Part shown: in pieces, positions 48,897 through 58,826 of the stretch
How positions within the stretch are numbered: the first letter of the stretch is position 1
How the letters are laid out: every line of letters begins with the position of its first letter
Source of the DNA: an uncultured Actinomycetes bacterium
GTDB taxonomy: Bacteria; Actinomycetota; Actinomycetes; S36-B12
NCBI GenBank assembly: GCA_903960135.1
Contig: CAJBZP010000069.1
Location: 1,708-65,707 of the forward strand
Length of the DNA stretch: 64,000 bases
Reading direction: 5' to 3'
The notes under the pieces: generated by a model
Told to the model about the DNA's origin: nothing
Database searches by the model: none
What the model saw: only the letters and a program-made list of their open reading frames with translations
Position numbers and translations under genes: made by a program

Positions 48897-50566
48897 CCAA
48901 GCCGAAGAGTCCGGTAATACCAAATGAGCCAATTAGCACCAGCCCAGGAGAAACCGTGAATGCCACGACCAAGCCCCGCAAGAAGGTGAACTTGGGCTCG
49001 GTCGCGCTGGTTGCGGCAGGTCCGGGTGATCCCGAGTTGCTGACACTTCGCTCTGCGGCACTACTGCGTGATGCCGAAGTCGTCATTGTTGACGCGGACG
49101 CGATTGAGATTGCCAATGCCCACGTAAATCCAGGCGCCGAAATCACCATCGCACTGGACTCCGAAGGTGTCGCACTGGACCAAGCCGAACGGGCAAAGTT
49201 GATTATCAACGCCGCCCGCGAGGGCAAGCGCACCGTGCGGTTGATAGCTGGCGACCCGGTGGTTGATGGCACGTTGCTAAATGAGGCGGCGGCGCTGCGC
49301 AAAGCGAAGGTGCCTTTTGAGGTAGCCCCCGGTGTTAGTGAAGTCACCGGGATTCCGGCCTATGCCGGATTTGGATTAACCGGTGGCCGCACTCGGCAAA
49401 TCCGAGTCGTCGATGCCAATGATGCGGACCTTGACTGGGCCGACCTTGTTAATCCCCGCATTACGCTGGTCGTGCTTAACGGAGCCGACAAAGTTGCCGA
49501 AATTGCGGCCATGCTGCTCCAGGCGGGCGCAGACCCGCAGACTCATATTGCAGTCACTCGGCGTGGCACCACCGTTGATCAACGCACCATCGCGGGTACT
49601 TTGGCTGAGATCGGGAATATCTCAAAGCTGATGAAACTATCCGGGGTAGGCATGGTGGTCGTTGGTGATGTGGTGGCACAGCGCGAGAAAATGGACTGGT
49701 TCGAGGTCAAGTCACTCTTTGGGTGGCGGGTATTGATCCCACGAACCCAAGACACCACGGGTTCGATCATGTCGATGCTGCGCGGGCATGGCGCGGTGCC
49801 GATGGAGGTACCAACCATTTCGGTCGAACCTCCGCGCACCCCGCAGCAAATTGACCGGGCAATTCACGGCTTGGTTTCGGGTCGCTACGAGTGGATTGGA
49901 TTCACTTCGGTCAACGCGGTTCGGGCCATTCGCGAAAAGCTCGACGAGTACGGCCTAGATGCTCGGTCCTTCGCCGGCCTCAAGGTGGCCGCGGTTGGCG
50001 ACAGCACCGTGGCCTCACTGATTGAATTTGGCGTCCGACCGGATCTAGTTCCGGTAGGCGATCAGTCGACCAGCGCCCTGCTGGAGGACTGGCCGATCTA
50101 CGACTCATTGACCGACCCAATAAATCGGGTGTTCTTGCCACGCGCCGACATTGCAACCGACACTTTGGCGGCCGGTCTGGCTGAATTGGGCTGGGAGGTC
50201 GAAGACATCACCGCCTACCGCACGGTTCGGGCGGCCCCGCCGCCCGCCGAGGTGCGGGAGGCGATCAAGACAGGTGGATTCGACGCAGTGTTGTTCACCT
50301 CGAGCAGCACGGTGCGAAACCTGGTTGGCATCGCGGGCAAGCCCCACCACACCACCATCGTGGCGTGCATTGGCCCGCAGACCGCAAAGACGGCCCAGGA
50401 GCATGGCTTACGCGTTGACGTGCTTGCGGGCACCAGCACCTTGTACGGGTTGGTAGAGGCGGTCGCGGCCCACGGTGAAATTCTTCGTGAGGCAGCTCTT
50501 GAAGCTGGTGAGGGTAGTTGGCGCCCGAGCCGTCGTCGCACCGCCGCGCGCCGCAAGGTCACGTAA
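48893..50566 (+). CDS. hemD: bifunctional uroporphyrin-III C-methyltransferase-like / uroporphyrinogen-III synthase (CobA-HemD fusion, Rv0511-like)
   Basis: The N-terminal half is a tetrapyrrole methylase (VAAGPGDPELLTLR, GDPVVDG, VAPGVSEVTGIPAYAG). The C-terminal half is HemD (RVLIPRT..., WIGFTSVNAV, LFTSSSTV). Its ATG overlaps the rex stop (ATGA). Confidence 0.9.
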   Translation: MTKPKSPVIPNEPISTSPGETVNATTKPRKKVNLGSVALVAAGPGDPELLTLRSAALLRDAEVVIVDADAIEIANAHVNPGAEITIALDSEGVALDQAERAKLIINAAREGKRTVRLIAGDPVVDGTLLNEAAALRKAKVPFEVAPGVSEVTGIPAYAGFGLTGGRTRQIRVVDANDADLDWADLVNPRITLVVLNGADKVAEIAAMLLQAGADPQTHIAVTRRGTTVDQRTIAGTLAEIGNISKLMKLSGVGMVVVGDVVAQREKMDWFEVKSLFGWRVLIPRTQDTTGSIMSMLRGHGAVPMEVPTISVEPPRTPQQIDRAIHGLVSGRYEWIGFTSVNAVRAIREKLDEYGLDARSFAGLKVAAVGDSTVASLIEFGVRPDLVPVGDQSTSALLEDWPIYDSLTDPINRVFLPRADIATDTLAAGLAELGWEVEDITAYRTVRAAPPPAEVREAIKTGGFDAVLFTSSSTVRNLVGIAGKPHHTTIVACIGPQTAKTAQEHGLRVDVLAGTSTLYGLVEAVAAHGEILREAALEAGEGSWRPSRRRTAARRKVT

Positions 50567-50572
50567 CTTAGA

Positions 50573-51229
50573 GTGGCTCGCATGGGTGGCGATGATCGAA
50601 CCGTTGTGCACCTGCTCCGCCATGGTGAGGTCTACAACCCAGAAGGCGTGTTGTACGGGCGACTCCCGGGCTATTTCCTCTCTGACCTAGGTCAAGTGAT
50701 GGCAGAGCGCGCGGCAACGGCCTTGGCAAATCATGACGTCACCGCCGTTATCTCATCGCCAATGGAGCGGGCGCAGCAAACTGCGCAGCCAATTGCCGAA
50801 AAACATGGTCTGGTGACCCAGACCGACCCGCTGCTAATTGAGGCCGACAATATTTTCGAGGGGCAGCGGGTTAGCGTCGGCGATGGGGTGCTGAAGCAGC
50901 CCAAGACATGGCGCCATCTTTGGAATCCTTTTCGCCCGTCTTGGGGTGAGCCCTATGACGAGGTTGCTGCGCGCATGACCGCGGCGGTGCACGCGGCCCG
51001 TGATCAAGCCCGCGGCCACGAGGCCGTCTTGGTCAGCCACCAACTACCTATTTGGGTTGCGCGGTTGCGCGCCGAAGACCGCCGACTTTGGCACGATCCG
51101 CGCAGTCGACAGTGCTCACTCGCCTCACTTACCTCCTTGGCCTACGAAGGTGACGATCTAGTTGCGATTACCTATACCGAGCCATCGCGGGACCTTCTGG
51201 CCAAGGCCAGCAAGATCGCCGGCGCATAA
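50573..51229 (+). CDS. histidine phosphatase family protein (Rv0525-like)
   Basis: RHG catalytic motif (HLLRHGEVYNP) and a downstream LVSHQLPI His motif. Confidence 0.85.
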   Translation: MARMGGDDRTVVHLLRHGEVYNPEGVLYGRLPGYFLSDLGQVMAERAATALANHDVTAVISSPMERAQQTAQPIAEKHGLVTQTDPLLIEADNIFEGQRVSVGDGVLKQPKTWRHLWNPFRPSWGEPYDEVAARMTAAVHAARDQARGHEAVLVSHQLPIWVARLRAEDRRLWHDPRSRQCSLASLTSLAYEGDDLVAITYTEPSRDLLAKASKIAGA

Positions 51230-51237
51230 GCACCACG

Positions 51238-51828
51238 ATGCACCGTTCCGCTCGCCGATTAACCCCGGTGCTCCTCGCTAGTGCCGCAGTGTTTTCGCTT
51301 GCAGCCTGCGGTGGCAGTGATTCGGCTGCACCGGCGGGAGTCGATGCCGGTTATGTGGCCGGTGACGGCTCGATCGTGGTGCTCCCTGATGACGAGCGGG
51401 CACCGGCACCTTTCCTTGTCGGCACCACCCTCACGGGTGACAGCTTTGATCTAGCGCAGGCTCAAGGTGATGTTGTGGTAATCAATGTGTGGGCCTCTTG
51501 GTGCGCACCTTGTCGGGCTGAGGCCCCAGATCTCGAAGCCGCGTGGGCTAGGTTCGCCGGTGCTGATGTGCAGTTCGTTGGGCTCAACACGCGAGATTCA
51601 CCTAGTTCGGCAGCGGGCTTCGTCAATCGCTTCAAAATCACTTATCCGAGCATCGTCGACACCGATGGACAATTGCAGTTGCTCTTCCGCGACACGCTGC
51701 CCCCCCAAGCCATCCCGTCCACTCTGATCGTGGACAGGAAGGGCCGAGTGGCTGCGCGCGCGCTGGGCACGGTCAGCGAGTCATCCTTGCGGGCGATAAT
51801 TGAGCCACTGTTAGCCGAGCAACCATGA
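51238..51828 (+). CDS. thiol-disulfide oxidoreductase lipoprotein (TlpA/ResA family)
   Basis: Lipobox LAAC and thioredoxin motif WASWCAPCRAE. First gene of the System II cytochrome c maturation string. Confidence 0.85.
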   Translation: MHRSARRLTPVLLASAAVFSLAACGGSDSAAPAGVDAGYVAGDGSIVVLPDDERAPAPFLVGTTLTGDSFDLAQAQGDVVVINVWASWCAPCRAEAPDLEAAWARFAGADVQFVGLNTRDSPSSAAGFVNRFKITYPSIVDTDGQLQLLFRDTLPPQAIPSTLIVDRKGRVAARALGTVSESSLRAIIEPLLAEQP

Positions 51829-52562
51829 TCGGTGATTTAGTAACAAGCGGATCACTGCTTCTCGCCTTCCCGGTGGCCTTCGCTGCTGGACTTATTGCCT
51901 TTCTGAGCCCATGTGTACTTCCGTTAGCTCCCGGATATGTGTCATATATGACGGGCCTGACGGGGGCGGAACTCGGCTCTGGGCGCAAAAGTCGAATGTT
52001 GCTGGGCAGCGTGCTCTTCGTGCTCGGTTTCAGTGTGGTTTTCGTCTCCTTCGGGGCTTTCTTCGGTGGTGTTGGTGCGGTCCTGCTGCAATATCAAGAT
52101 GTCATCACTAGGGGGCTGGGGGTTCTAGTGATCATCATGGGGCTGGCGTTTATGGGCTTGATCCCAGGAATGCAGCGCGAATGGCGGATTCACCGCCTGC
52201 CGACCTGGGGTGTTGCGGGAGCGCCGCTCCTGGGCGTGCTGTTCGGCTTGGGTTGGACACCTTGTATCGGGCCAACCTTGGCGGCCGTGCAAACCCTCGC
52301 CTTCACCGAGGCCAGTGCCCTGCGCGGCGCACTGCTGTCCTTTGTCTATTGCCTAGGTCTTGGACTGCCATTTGTCTTACTTGCGGTGTTGTTCAGTCGT
52401 ACCGCGCGGGCGCTGACATTTGTTAAATCGCACTACCTGTTGGTCATGCGCATTGGCGGGGCGATGTTGGTAATTGTCGGGGTGCTGTTAGTCACCGGCA
52501 TCTGGACCGATGTCACAATCTGGATGCGCACATCAATTCCAGCATTTGAGACGGCTCTCTAA
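51825..52562 (+). CDS. ccdA: cytochrome c biogenesis thiol-reductant transporter CcdA
   Basis: DsbD-family membrane protein with the two conserved Cys motifs LSPCVLPLAPGY and WTPCIGP. ATGA overlap with the upstream gene. Confidence 0.9.
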   Translation: MIGDLVTSGSLLLAFPVAFAAGLIAFLSPCVLPLAPGYVSYMTGLTGAELGSGRKSRMLLGSVLFVLGFSVVFVSFGAFFGGVGAVLLQYQDVITRGLGVLVIIMGLAFMGLIPGMQREWRIHRLPTWGVAGAPLLGVLFGLGWTPCIGPTLAAVQTLAFTEASALRGALLSFVYCLGLGLPFVLLAVLFSRTARALTFVKSHYLLVMRIGGAMLVIVGVLLVTGIWTDVTIWMRTSIPAFETAL

Positions 52563-54110
52563 ATGATTAATGAGGCACCGATTCTGCCGCCGATGGGTAC
52601 CCTGGGGTTCCTGAGATTCGCTTGGCGGCAATTGACGAGCATGAAGACCGCCTTGATTCTGCTTTTCCTGCTAGCCGTCGCCAGTGTTCCGGGGTCGATA
52701 TTTCCACAGCGCGGCAATAATCCGCTGCGGGTAAATGAGTGGATTGCCGAGAGCCCAACTTTTGGGCCGATTTTCGATACCCTCGGTTTCTTTGACGTCT
52801 ATTCCTCGCCCTGGTTCGCCGCGGTGTACCTACTTCTTTTTCTCTCGTTGATCGGGTGCGTGGTGCCACGGACGCAGGTGCACTGGCGGGCGATGTTGGC
52901 TCCGCCTCCGCCGGTACCTCGTAACCTCTTGCGCCTGCCGCAGTCATTGGAGTTTGAAGTCGGTGCGCCAGCCAATGTGGTGCTGGAGCGGGCAAATACA
53001 TATTTCACAAGTCGACGCTGGCGATTGGTGCTTACTGAGACGTCAATTGCGGCAGAAAAGGGCTTCCTGCGCGAGACTGGAAACCTGCTCTTTCACTTCT
53101 CCCTCATCTTGATCCTGGTTGGTGTTGCCGTTGGCGGGTTATTCGGCTGGAAAGGCAATGTCATTGTTCGGGAGGGGCAGGGGTTCGCCAACACCCTGAC
53201 CCAGTACGACGCCTGGGGTGGCGGGCGATTCACCGGGGCAGCGCGGTTGTCGCCGTTCTCTTTCACCCTCGATGAATTCAACGTTGACTTCGAGCGCGGC
53301 GTCGCGCAGCGAGGGTCGCCAAGTCTCTTCGAAGCCGATGTCACCTACCGGAGGTCACCGGGCGCTGTTGCCGAAACGACCCGGGTCGAAGTCAATTCAC
53401 CACTTGCGATTGACGGTGCCAAAGTGTTTCTGGTTGGTCATGGTTACGCACCTCACATTGTGGTGCGTGACGCCAATGGGGTGGTCAGCTTTGACGACTC
53501 GGTGGTGTTCTTGCCGCAGGACGGAAACTTCACCTCTACCGGGGTGGTGAAGATTCCAGACTCGGACCCGCAATTGGGGTTCCAAGGAATTTTCGTACCA
53601 ACCGCACCAGCGAATAACTTACGGGGGCCGGTTTCGACTTTTCCGGGTCCAGATGATCCGACTGTCTTCCTTTCGGCCTGGCGTGGCGACATGGGCCTAG
53701 ATGCTGGCGCACCGCAGAGTGTGTACCGACTCGAGACCGCGGCCATGGAGCAGATCGGCATCGCTGCCCTGCGCCCGGGGCAGACCTGGGCGCTCCCGGA
53801 TGGTTCAGGCTCAATTGAACTAACCGGTTTTGAGCGGTGGGCGTCATTTCAGATTGCCTTCGATCCGGGTAAGGAGATTGCACTGGCCGGAGCAATTCTT
53901 GCGATGACCGGATTGATGTTGTCGTTGTTCATTCGCAGGCGTCGGGTCTGGCTAAGTGTTGCGTCAATTTCCCAAGGGGTTACGGTGGTGCAATTAGCGG
54001 GGTTGGCACGCATTGAATCAGCGGACCTGCCTGGTGAACTACAGTTAATTCGCGCTGCCGTTAGTGATTTACCGGACATCGTGTCGGAAAAAACAGCAAC
54101 CGATGTGTAA
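52563..54110 (+). CDS. resB: cytochrome c biogenesis protein ResB (CcsB/Ccs1)
   Basis: ResB topology (N-terminal TMs, large extracytoplasmic domain, C-terminal TM). It lies between ccdA and the CcsA-type gene. 515 aa. Confidence 0.88.
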   Translation: MINEAPILPPMGTLGFLRFAWRQLTSMKTALILLFLLAVASVPGSIFPQRGNNPLRVNEWIAESPTFGPIFDTLGFFDVYSSPWFAAVYLLLFLSLIGCVVPRTQVHWRAMLAPPPPVPRNLLRLPQSLEFEVGAPANVVLERANTYFTSRRWRLVLTETSIAAEKGFLRETGNLLFHFSLILILVGVAVGGLFGWKGNVIVREGQGFANTLTQYDAWGGGRFTGAARLSPFSFTLDEFNVDFERGVAQRGSPSLFEADVTYRRSPGAVAETTRVEVNSPLAIDGAKVFLVGHGYAPHIVVRDANGVVSFDDSVVFLPQDGNFTSTGVVKIPDSDPQLGFQGIFVPTAPANNLRGPVSTFPGPDDPTVFLSAWRGDMGLDAGAPQSVYRLETAAMEQIGIAALRPGQTWALPDGSGSIELTGFERWASFQIAFDPGKEIALAGAILAMTGLMLSLFIRRRRVWLSVASISQGVTVVQLAGLARIESADLPGELQLIRAAVSDLPDIVSEKTATDV

Positions 54111-54119
54111 GGAGCAGAT

Positions 54120-55070
54120 GTGAGCGCGACGGCGTTGGCGGGTGCCAGCAACGCGGCGGTTTACGCCTCAATGTTGACTCTAACCCTGGCAATGGTTGCG
54201 TTCGCGATCTCATTTGCCTCCGGTCGGCGCCGATCCGGGCTGACCCAATCGCAGGTACCCGTAGTAGCCGCTGTCGGAAGTACCGCGGTGTTGACTAAGC
54301 CGACGCTCGATGCTCCGACCGAGGACGACGCCGGTCGAAAATCTGCCAATATCGGGATGTCCTTCACCTGGCTGGGATTTGTCTTACTACTGGTTGGGGT
54401 GGTGCTCCGCGGCGTCTGGGCGGGCCGAGTGCCGTGGGGCAATATGTACGAGTTCTCAATAAGTGCTGCCGTAGGCATACTCGGCGCCTTCTTGATCGTC
54501 TCCCTGCGCCGCGACGTGCGCTGGCTCGGGCTCTTCATTGTGATCCCGACTTTGCTGACCCTTGGCTTAGCGGTGACCGTGCTCTACACCGAGGCTGCGC
54601 AGTTGGTGCCCGCGCTTAAGTCTTATTGGCTGGTGATACACGTTGCCGCCGCCATCATCTGCGCCGGCGCCTTCACGCTGGCTGCCGCGACGGCCAGCTT
54701 GTCCTTGGTGCAAGCCCGCGCCGAGCGCCGCGGCAAGGTCGGAGTAGTGAAGGTGCCGTCGGCCGAGAAACTTCGAACCTTGACGTACCGAATACTTGCT
54801 TTCGCATTCCCGTTGTGGACTTTCGCGGTCGTCGCGGGGGCAATTTGGGCCGAAAACGCCTGGGGCCGCTACTGGGGCTGGGACCCGAAGGAGACCTGGG
54901 CTTTTATCACTTGGGTTATCTTTGCCGCATACCTGCACGCACGTTCAACAGTTGGCTGGCGCGGGGATCGAGCCTCGTGGGTTGCCATTGCGGGCTGGGC
55001 AGCCTTCATAATCAATTACTTCGGGGTAAACATCTTTGTCAACAGCCTGCATTCATATTCCGGGGTTTAG
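54120..55070 (+). CDS. ccsB: cytochrome c-type biogenesis protein CcsA/ResC
   Basis: Trp-rich heme-handling motif WGRYWGWDPKETWAFITW with flanking conserved His residues. GTG start after AAGGAG. Confidence 0.9.
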   Translation: MSATALAGASNAAVYASMLTLTLAMVAFAISFASGRRRSGLTQSQVPVVAAVGSTAVLTKPTLDAPTEDDAGRKSANIGMSFTWLGFVLLLVGVVLRGVWAGRVPWGNMYEFSISAAVGILGAFLIVSLRRDVRWLGLFIVIPTLLTLGLAVTVLYTEAAQLVPALKSYWLVIHVAAAIICAGAFTLAAATASLSLVQARAERRGKVGVVKVPSAEKLRTLTYRILAFAFPLWTFAVVAGAIWAENAWGRYWGWDPKETWAFITWVIFAAYLHARSTVGWRGDRASWVAIAGWAAFIINYFGVNIFVNSLHSYSGV

Positions 55071-55085
55071 CCGCCCCGGCACCAC

Positions 55086-55388
55086 TTAGACCTCGCCGCG
55101 GCGCTCTCGCATGCGCCGGCGCCACGCCTCTTCGTCCAAGCCTTTTAGGAACTTGGGGTCATCATCGGGAGCCATGGGCCCCCGACGTCTAAAAACCCCG
55201 CCATTTGTGGGGCGCGGTCGACCTAGGAAAAACCAGAGGAGCCCGCCGATGATCGGGATGATGACGACCAGCGCCAGCCAGAGCAACTTTGGCAGCGTGC
55301 GGGCCTCTTGGCGGGGGGTGCGTAAGACGTCGATGATGAATGAGATGTACAGCGCGACGAGAACCAGGACCCCCAGGACTCGCAGCAT
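55086..55388 (-). CDS. PLD-nuclease N-terminal domain (PLDc_N) small membrane protein
   Basis: Two TMs with the LLWLALVVIIPIIGGLLWFFLGR motif and a basic C-terminus. ATG 55388 chosen; the track ORF starts at 55493. Confidence 0.7.
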   Translation of the reverse strand: MLRVLGVLVLVALYISFIIDVLRTPRQEARTLPKLLWLALVVIIPIIGGLLWFFLGRPRPTNGGVFRRRGPMAPDDDPKFLKGLDEEAWRRRMRERRGEV

Positions 55389-55511
55389 GTGAACACCTCC
55401 GTAATCGAGAAAATCAAGCCAGTTGCTTTGTGGTGCCGACACAATAACGCGTACCGCCCCCGCCAGCGAACCGCGGCTTCGCGTTAGCTGCACCGGGGGC
55501 CGTACGCTGGG

Positions 55512-55838
55512 GTGGTGAAATCCTCCGGGTGGGCAATTATTCGCTTCACCGTGCTGCGTGTGCTGCTGTTTGGCGGTATTTGGCTGCTACTTCAATTGAC
55601 AACCCCGCTCCGTGGCCTAATTGCGGCTGTTGTTGCGCTCTTGGTCTCTGGGGTAATCAGCACCGTGGTGCTGAATCGGCAGCGGGCCGCGATGGGGGTT
55701 TCCCTAGCTGGTTTCTTCGGGCGGATAAATGCTCGAATTGATGCATCTTCTCGCGCCGAGGACGAGGCTGACGATCTGGAGCGCTCAGGAAAGGGCGAGC
55801 AAGAAGCCCAAGCCGAGTCCGTAGATAAGAACGAGTAG
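55512..55838 (+). CDS. DUF4229-like two-TM small membrane protein
   Basis: 108 aa with two hydrophobic helices and an acidic tail. The 3' end overlaps the menA 3' end by 54 nt (convergent). Confidence 0.6.
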   Translation: MVKSSGWAIIRFTVLRVLLFGGIWLLLQLTTPLRGLIAAVVALLVSGVISTVVLNRQRAAMGVSLAGFFGRINARIDASSRAEDEADDLERSGKGEQEAQAESVDKNE

Positions 55839-56654
55839 ACCCGTTTGCTTTAGTGCTGGGATGAGTTCAGGGCCGGTCGCCCCGCCAAGGATGAGGCGAA
55901 TCGGGGCAATTATGAGAAGGACCAGGGCGAACAGAACCAGCCACGAAACGATCGCAGCAACGATGATCGTGGTGAGCGCTGCCGCGATGATGCAGGCGAC
56001 ATAGAGCCAGCGGGTGCGCATATCGCCAAGGCGAACCGCGAGCGTGTACTTGCCAACTAGTTGATCGCTGGGTAGATCGCGCAAGTTATTAGTCACAAGC
56101 ACCGCACAGGCGAGTGCACCAACCCCGACGGAGGCAATCACGGCGGCGAGGGTAACGGTGTCAGATTGCACGTAAAACGTGCCTACAACGGGCACGATCC
56201 CAAAGAAGATGAGTACGAAGATTTCACCGAGTCCGTGGTACCCGTATGGATGCGGGCCGCCGGTGTACAGCCACGCTGCGGCTACGCAGGCCACGCCAAC
56301 AAGAAGCAACCACCAAGCTTGGGTGGCAACCACCAGTGCGAGACCGGCTATGCAGGCAACACCAAAAGCGCTGAAAGCGGCTAGGCGAACAACAGGTGGG
56401 CGCGCTAGTTCCTGGCCGACAAGTCGCACCGGCCCGATGCGCTTATTGTCAGTGCCGCGAATACCGTCGCTGTAGTCGTTCGCGAAGTTGACTCCGACCT
56501 GCAGCGCTAAAGCGACAACGAGCGCAAGGACGGCCCGGCCAGTTTGCAAGGAGTCAGCATTTATCGCCAGACCGGTGCCGACGGCAACCGGTGCCACGGC
56601 CGCCGGCAAGGTGCGCGGACGTGATCCCGCAACCCATTGACTTAAAGTTGCCAT
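55785..56654 (-). CDS. menA: 1,4-dihydroxy-2-naphthoate polyprenyltransferase
   Basis: UbiA-family motifs (NFANDYSDGIRGTD; a second Asp-rich region NNLRDLPSD). About 9 TM segments. Confidence 0.9.
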   Translation of the reverse strand: MATLSQWVAGSRPRTLPAAVAPVAVGTGLAINADSLQTGRAVLALVVALALQVGVNFANDYSDGIRGTDNKRIGPVRLVGQELARPPVVRLAAFSAFGVACIAGLALVVATQAWWLLLVGVACVAAAWLYTGGPHPYGYHGLGEIFVLIFFGIVPVVGTFYVQSDTVTLAAVIASVGVGALACAVLVTNNLRDLPSDQLVGKYTLAVRLGDMRTRWLYVACIIAAALTTIIVAAIVSWLVLFALVLLIIAPIRLILGGATGPELIPALKQTGLLVLIYGLGLGFLLALS

Positions 56655-57850
56655 GGCAGCCTTCCGGATTGGCTAGCGATTTCGCTAAGTGTTGCGCGAT
56701 CGACTTTGCCATTGGGTAGCAGTGGCAACTCAGGTAGGTCAAGAACGTGACAAGGTACCGCTGCGCTCCCAAGTTGTTGTCGCACGGACGCCTTGATGAC
56801 AGTTTCGAGGGTTGGGCCAATGGCGCTCTCGACCGCGGCCACCAGTGCCGACTGGCTATCGGGTCCGATGACCGTGATTACCGAAACAGCCTCCACTTCG
56901 GGGATTTCGCCTATCACCTGCTCCACGGCAAGCACTGAGACATTAACCCCATTGATTATCGTCACGTCGTCAGCGCGACCGAGGATCGTGACGAAACCGG
57001 CGCCATCGACACTGCCCAGATCACTTGTGATAAATCCGGCCGAGGTGAAGGCGGTACGTGATAGTTCCGGGGCGAGCCGGTAACCCGCGGCCAGCATTGG
57101 TCCATTAATTATCAAGGTGCCGGCGGGGTCAGTCGGCCCGTGCACTTGCACCCCGGGCAGGGGCAGGCCGTCGAAGACGCAGCCACCTGAGGTCTCGGTC
57201 ATGCCATATGAGGCGACGACTTTCACACCTTGTTCTTCGGCGAGCACCCTGGTCCGGTTGGCAAGTGGCCCAGCCCCGACTAAAACCAGGGCGCAGGCTT
57301 GCAATGCGGCAACGCCGATGTCGTCGGCAAGGAGGCGGCGAAGTTGGGAGGCGACAAGGGAAACATGAATCGGGGCACCACTGGCACGTTCGACGGCATC
57401 GGCAAAAACCGTCGAGGTGAACGGACTAGCACCGCCAAGGCTTGCCACCGCGATCGGCTCGCGCCCGCTGGCGATGGCGCGCACTGCGACATTGAAGCCG
57501 CCCATTGAATGCAGCGGTAACGCCGCGATCCACTGGGCGTTTGCGCCATTAACCACTTGATCAAGTGCGGTGAGACCGGCCGCGGTTAGTAGCACCCCTT
57601 TTGGCTGCCCCATCGAACCGGATGTTGCGAGCACCGCTGCGACATCCTCGGCTTCCAAGGGTTTGCCGGCGTCATCTGGGCAGGTGGCGGCGCGTAGCCG
57701 CTCCAGGTATGCCGCTGAGATCGTCGGACCGGTAACGGGCAGTGGCACGATCGCTGGGCCGGCACCGGTAATTGCTTGGCGCAGTGGGCCCAGTAGTGCC
57801 ATCAGACCTTCGGGGCCAGGTGGCACGGGAACCGAAATTAGTGGACGCAT
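56642..57850 (-). CDS. menE: o-succinylbenzoate--CoA ligase
   Basis: ANL-family motifs [23 protein letters not shown] and [11 protein letters not shown] (A10 Lys). Its 3' end overlaps the menA start by 13 nt. ATG 57850 is preferred over GTG 57901. Confidence 0.85.
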   Translation of the reverse strand: MRPLISVPVPPGPEGLMALLGPLRQAITGAGPAIVPLPVTGPTISAAYLERLRAATCPDDAGKPLEAEDVAAVLATSGSMGQPKGVLLTAAGLTALDQVVNGANAQWIAALPLHSMGGFNVAVRAIASGREPIAVASLGGASPFTSTVFADAVERASGAPIHVSLVASQLRRLLADDIGVAALQACALVLVGAGPLANRTRVLAEEQGVKVVASYGMTETSGGCVFDGLPLPGVQVHGPTDPAGTLIINGPMLAAGYRLAPELSRTAFTSAGFITSDLGSVDGAGFVTILGRADDVTIINGVNVSVLAVEQVIGEIPEVEAVSVITVIGPDSQSALVAAVESAIGPTLETVIKASVRQQLGSAAVPCHVLDLPELPLLPNGKVDRATLSEIASQSGRLPWQL

Positions 57851-57944
57851 CGATCCGAGCGTAGGACGTCGCGATAGCGTTCCCGACATGGATACCCGCA
57901 CCCGATACGTTTTGCCGCCGGTGGTGCCCGAGGGTTCACCGGCT

Positions 57945-58820
57945 ATGACAGACCCGGCTTATTCGTCGATCACCCCAAGTGGCCAATGGGAGCAGGTAGG
58001 GGAGTACCGCGACATTCGCCTCGAGGTGTCAACCGGCGCTGACGTAGGGATCGCCAAGATCACGATCAATAGACCCGAGAAGCGCAATGCATTTCGTCCT
58101 CCCACCCTATTTGAGCTAAGTGACGCACTGAATTATGCGCGCGATGACGACGCTATCGGCGTCATCATCTTGACCGGGCAAGGTGACTGGGCATTTTGCT
58201 CCGGTGGTGACCAAGTCATTCGCGGCAATGACGGTTACCTCGGTGACGATGAAGTCGCGAAACGTGGGGTTGGCCGACTAAATGTTCTTGATCTCCAGGT
58301 CCAGATTCGCCGCACTCCGAAACCGGTTATTGCGATGGTGGCGGGTTACGCCATCGGTGGTGGGCACGTACTGCATGTCGTATGTGATTTGACCATCGCC
58401 GCGGACAATGCGCGATTTGGCCAGACCGGTCCCAAGGTTGGGTCCTTTGATGGCGGCTACGGCTCCGGGCTGCTCGCAGCCACCATCGGGCAAAAGCGCT
58501 CGCGCGAAGTCTGGTACACCTGCCGCCAATACGGCGCGGAGCAGGCGTATGACTGGGGGCTTGTCAACTCGGTGGTACCTATTGCCGACCTCGAGATTGA
58601 GACGGTGGCGTGGTCCCGGCAGATGCTCGATATGTCTCCGCTCGCCCTGCGGATGCTGAAGGCATCGCATAACGCCGCCGATGATGGCCTTGCCGGGGTT
58701 CAGCAACTTGCCGGCGATGCGACCTTGTTGTTCTACATGACAGCGGAGGCCCAAGAGGGGCGCGATGCCTATAAGGAAAAGCGCGCGCCGGACTTTCGTC
58801 AGTTCCCTAAGCGCCCTTGA
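57945..58820 (+). CDS. menB: 1,4-dihydroxy-2-naphthoyl-CoA synthase
   Basis: Crotonase fold with [22 protein letters not shown] and [17 protein letters not shown] 57945 (alternative 57888). The track ORF start at 57570 is antisense to menE. Confidence 0.92.
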   Translation: MTDPAYSSITPSGQWEQVGEYRDIRLEVSTGADVGIAKITINRPEKRNAFRPPTLFELSDALNYARDDDAIGVIILTGQGDWAFCSGGDQVIRGNDGYLGDDEVAKRGVGRLNVLDLQVQIRRTPKPVIAMVAGYAIGGGHVLHVVCDLTIAADNARFGQTGPKVGSFDGGYGSGLLAATIGQKRSREVWYTCRQYGAEQAYDWGLVNSVVPIADLEIETVAWSRQMLDMSPLALRMLKASHNAADDGLAGVQQLAGDATLLFYMTAEAQEGRDAYKEKRAPDFRQFPKRP

Positions 58821-58826
58821 TTTCAC

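Noticed and set aside
48893-50566. cobA-hemD as a pseudogene left over after loss of hemA and hemC
   Set aside because: The 557-codon frame is intact. It keeps GxGPGDPELLT and HemD motifs and is tightly coupled to rex. Decay cannot be asserted from sequence alone.
57570-57944. 5' extensions of track ORFs: menB from 57570, proC from 40694, ppx from 35097, glmU from 11434, HAD from 46348, GNAT from 61622, pmt from 2175, rex from 48162
   Set aside because: The extensions overlap neighbouring genes, often on the opposite strand. They have Arg/Pro-rich junk-like composition. They also precede internal starts that align with the conserved N-termini and have better SD sequences.
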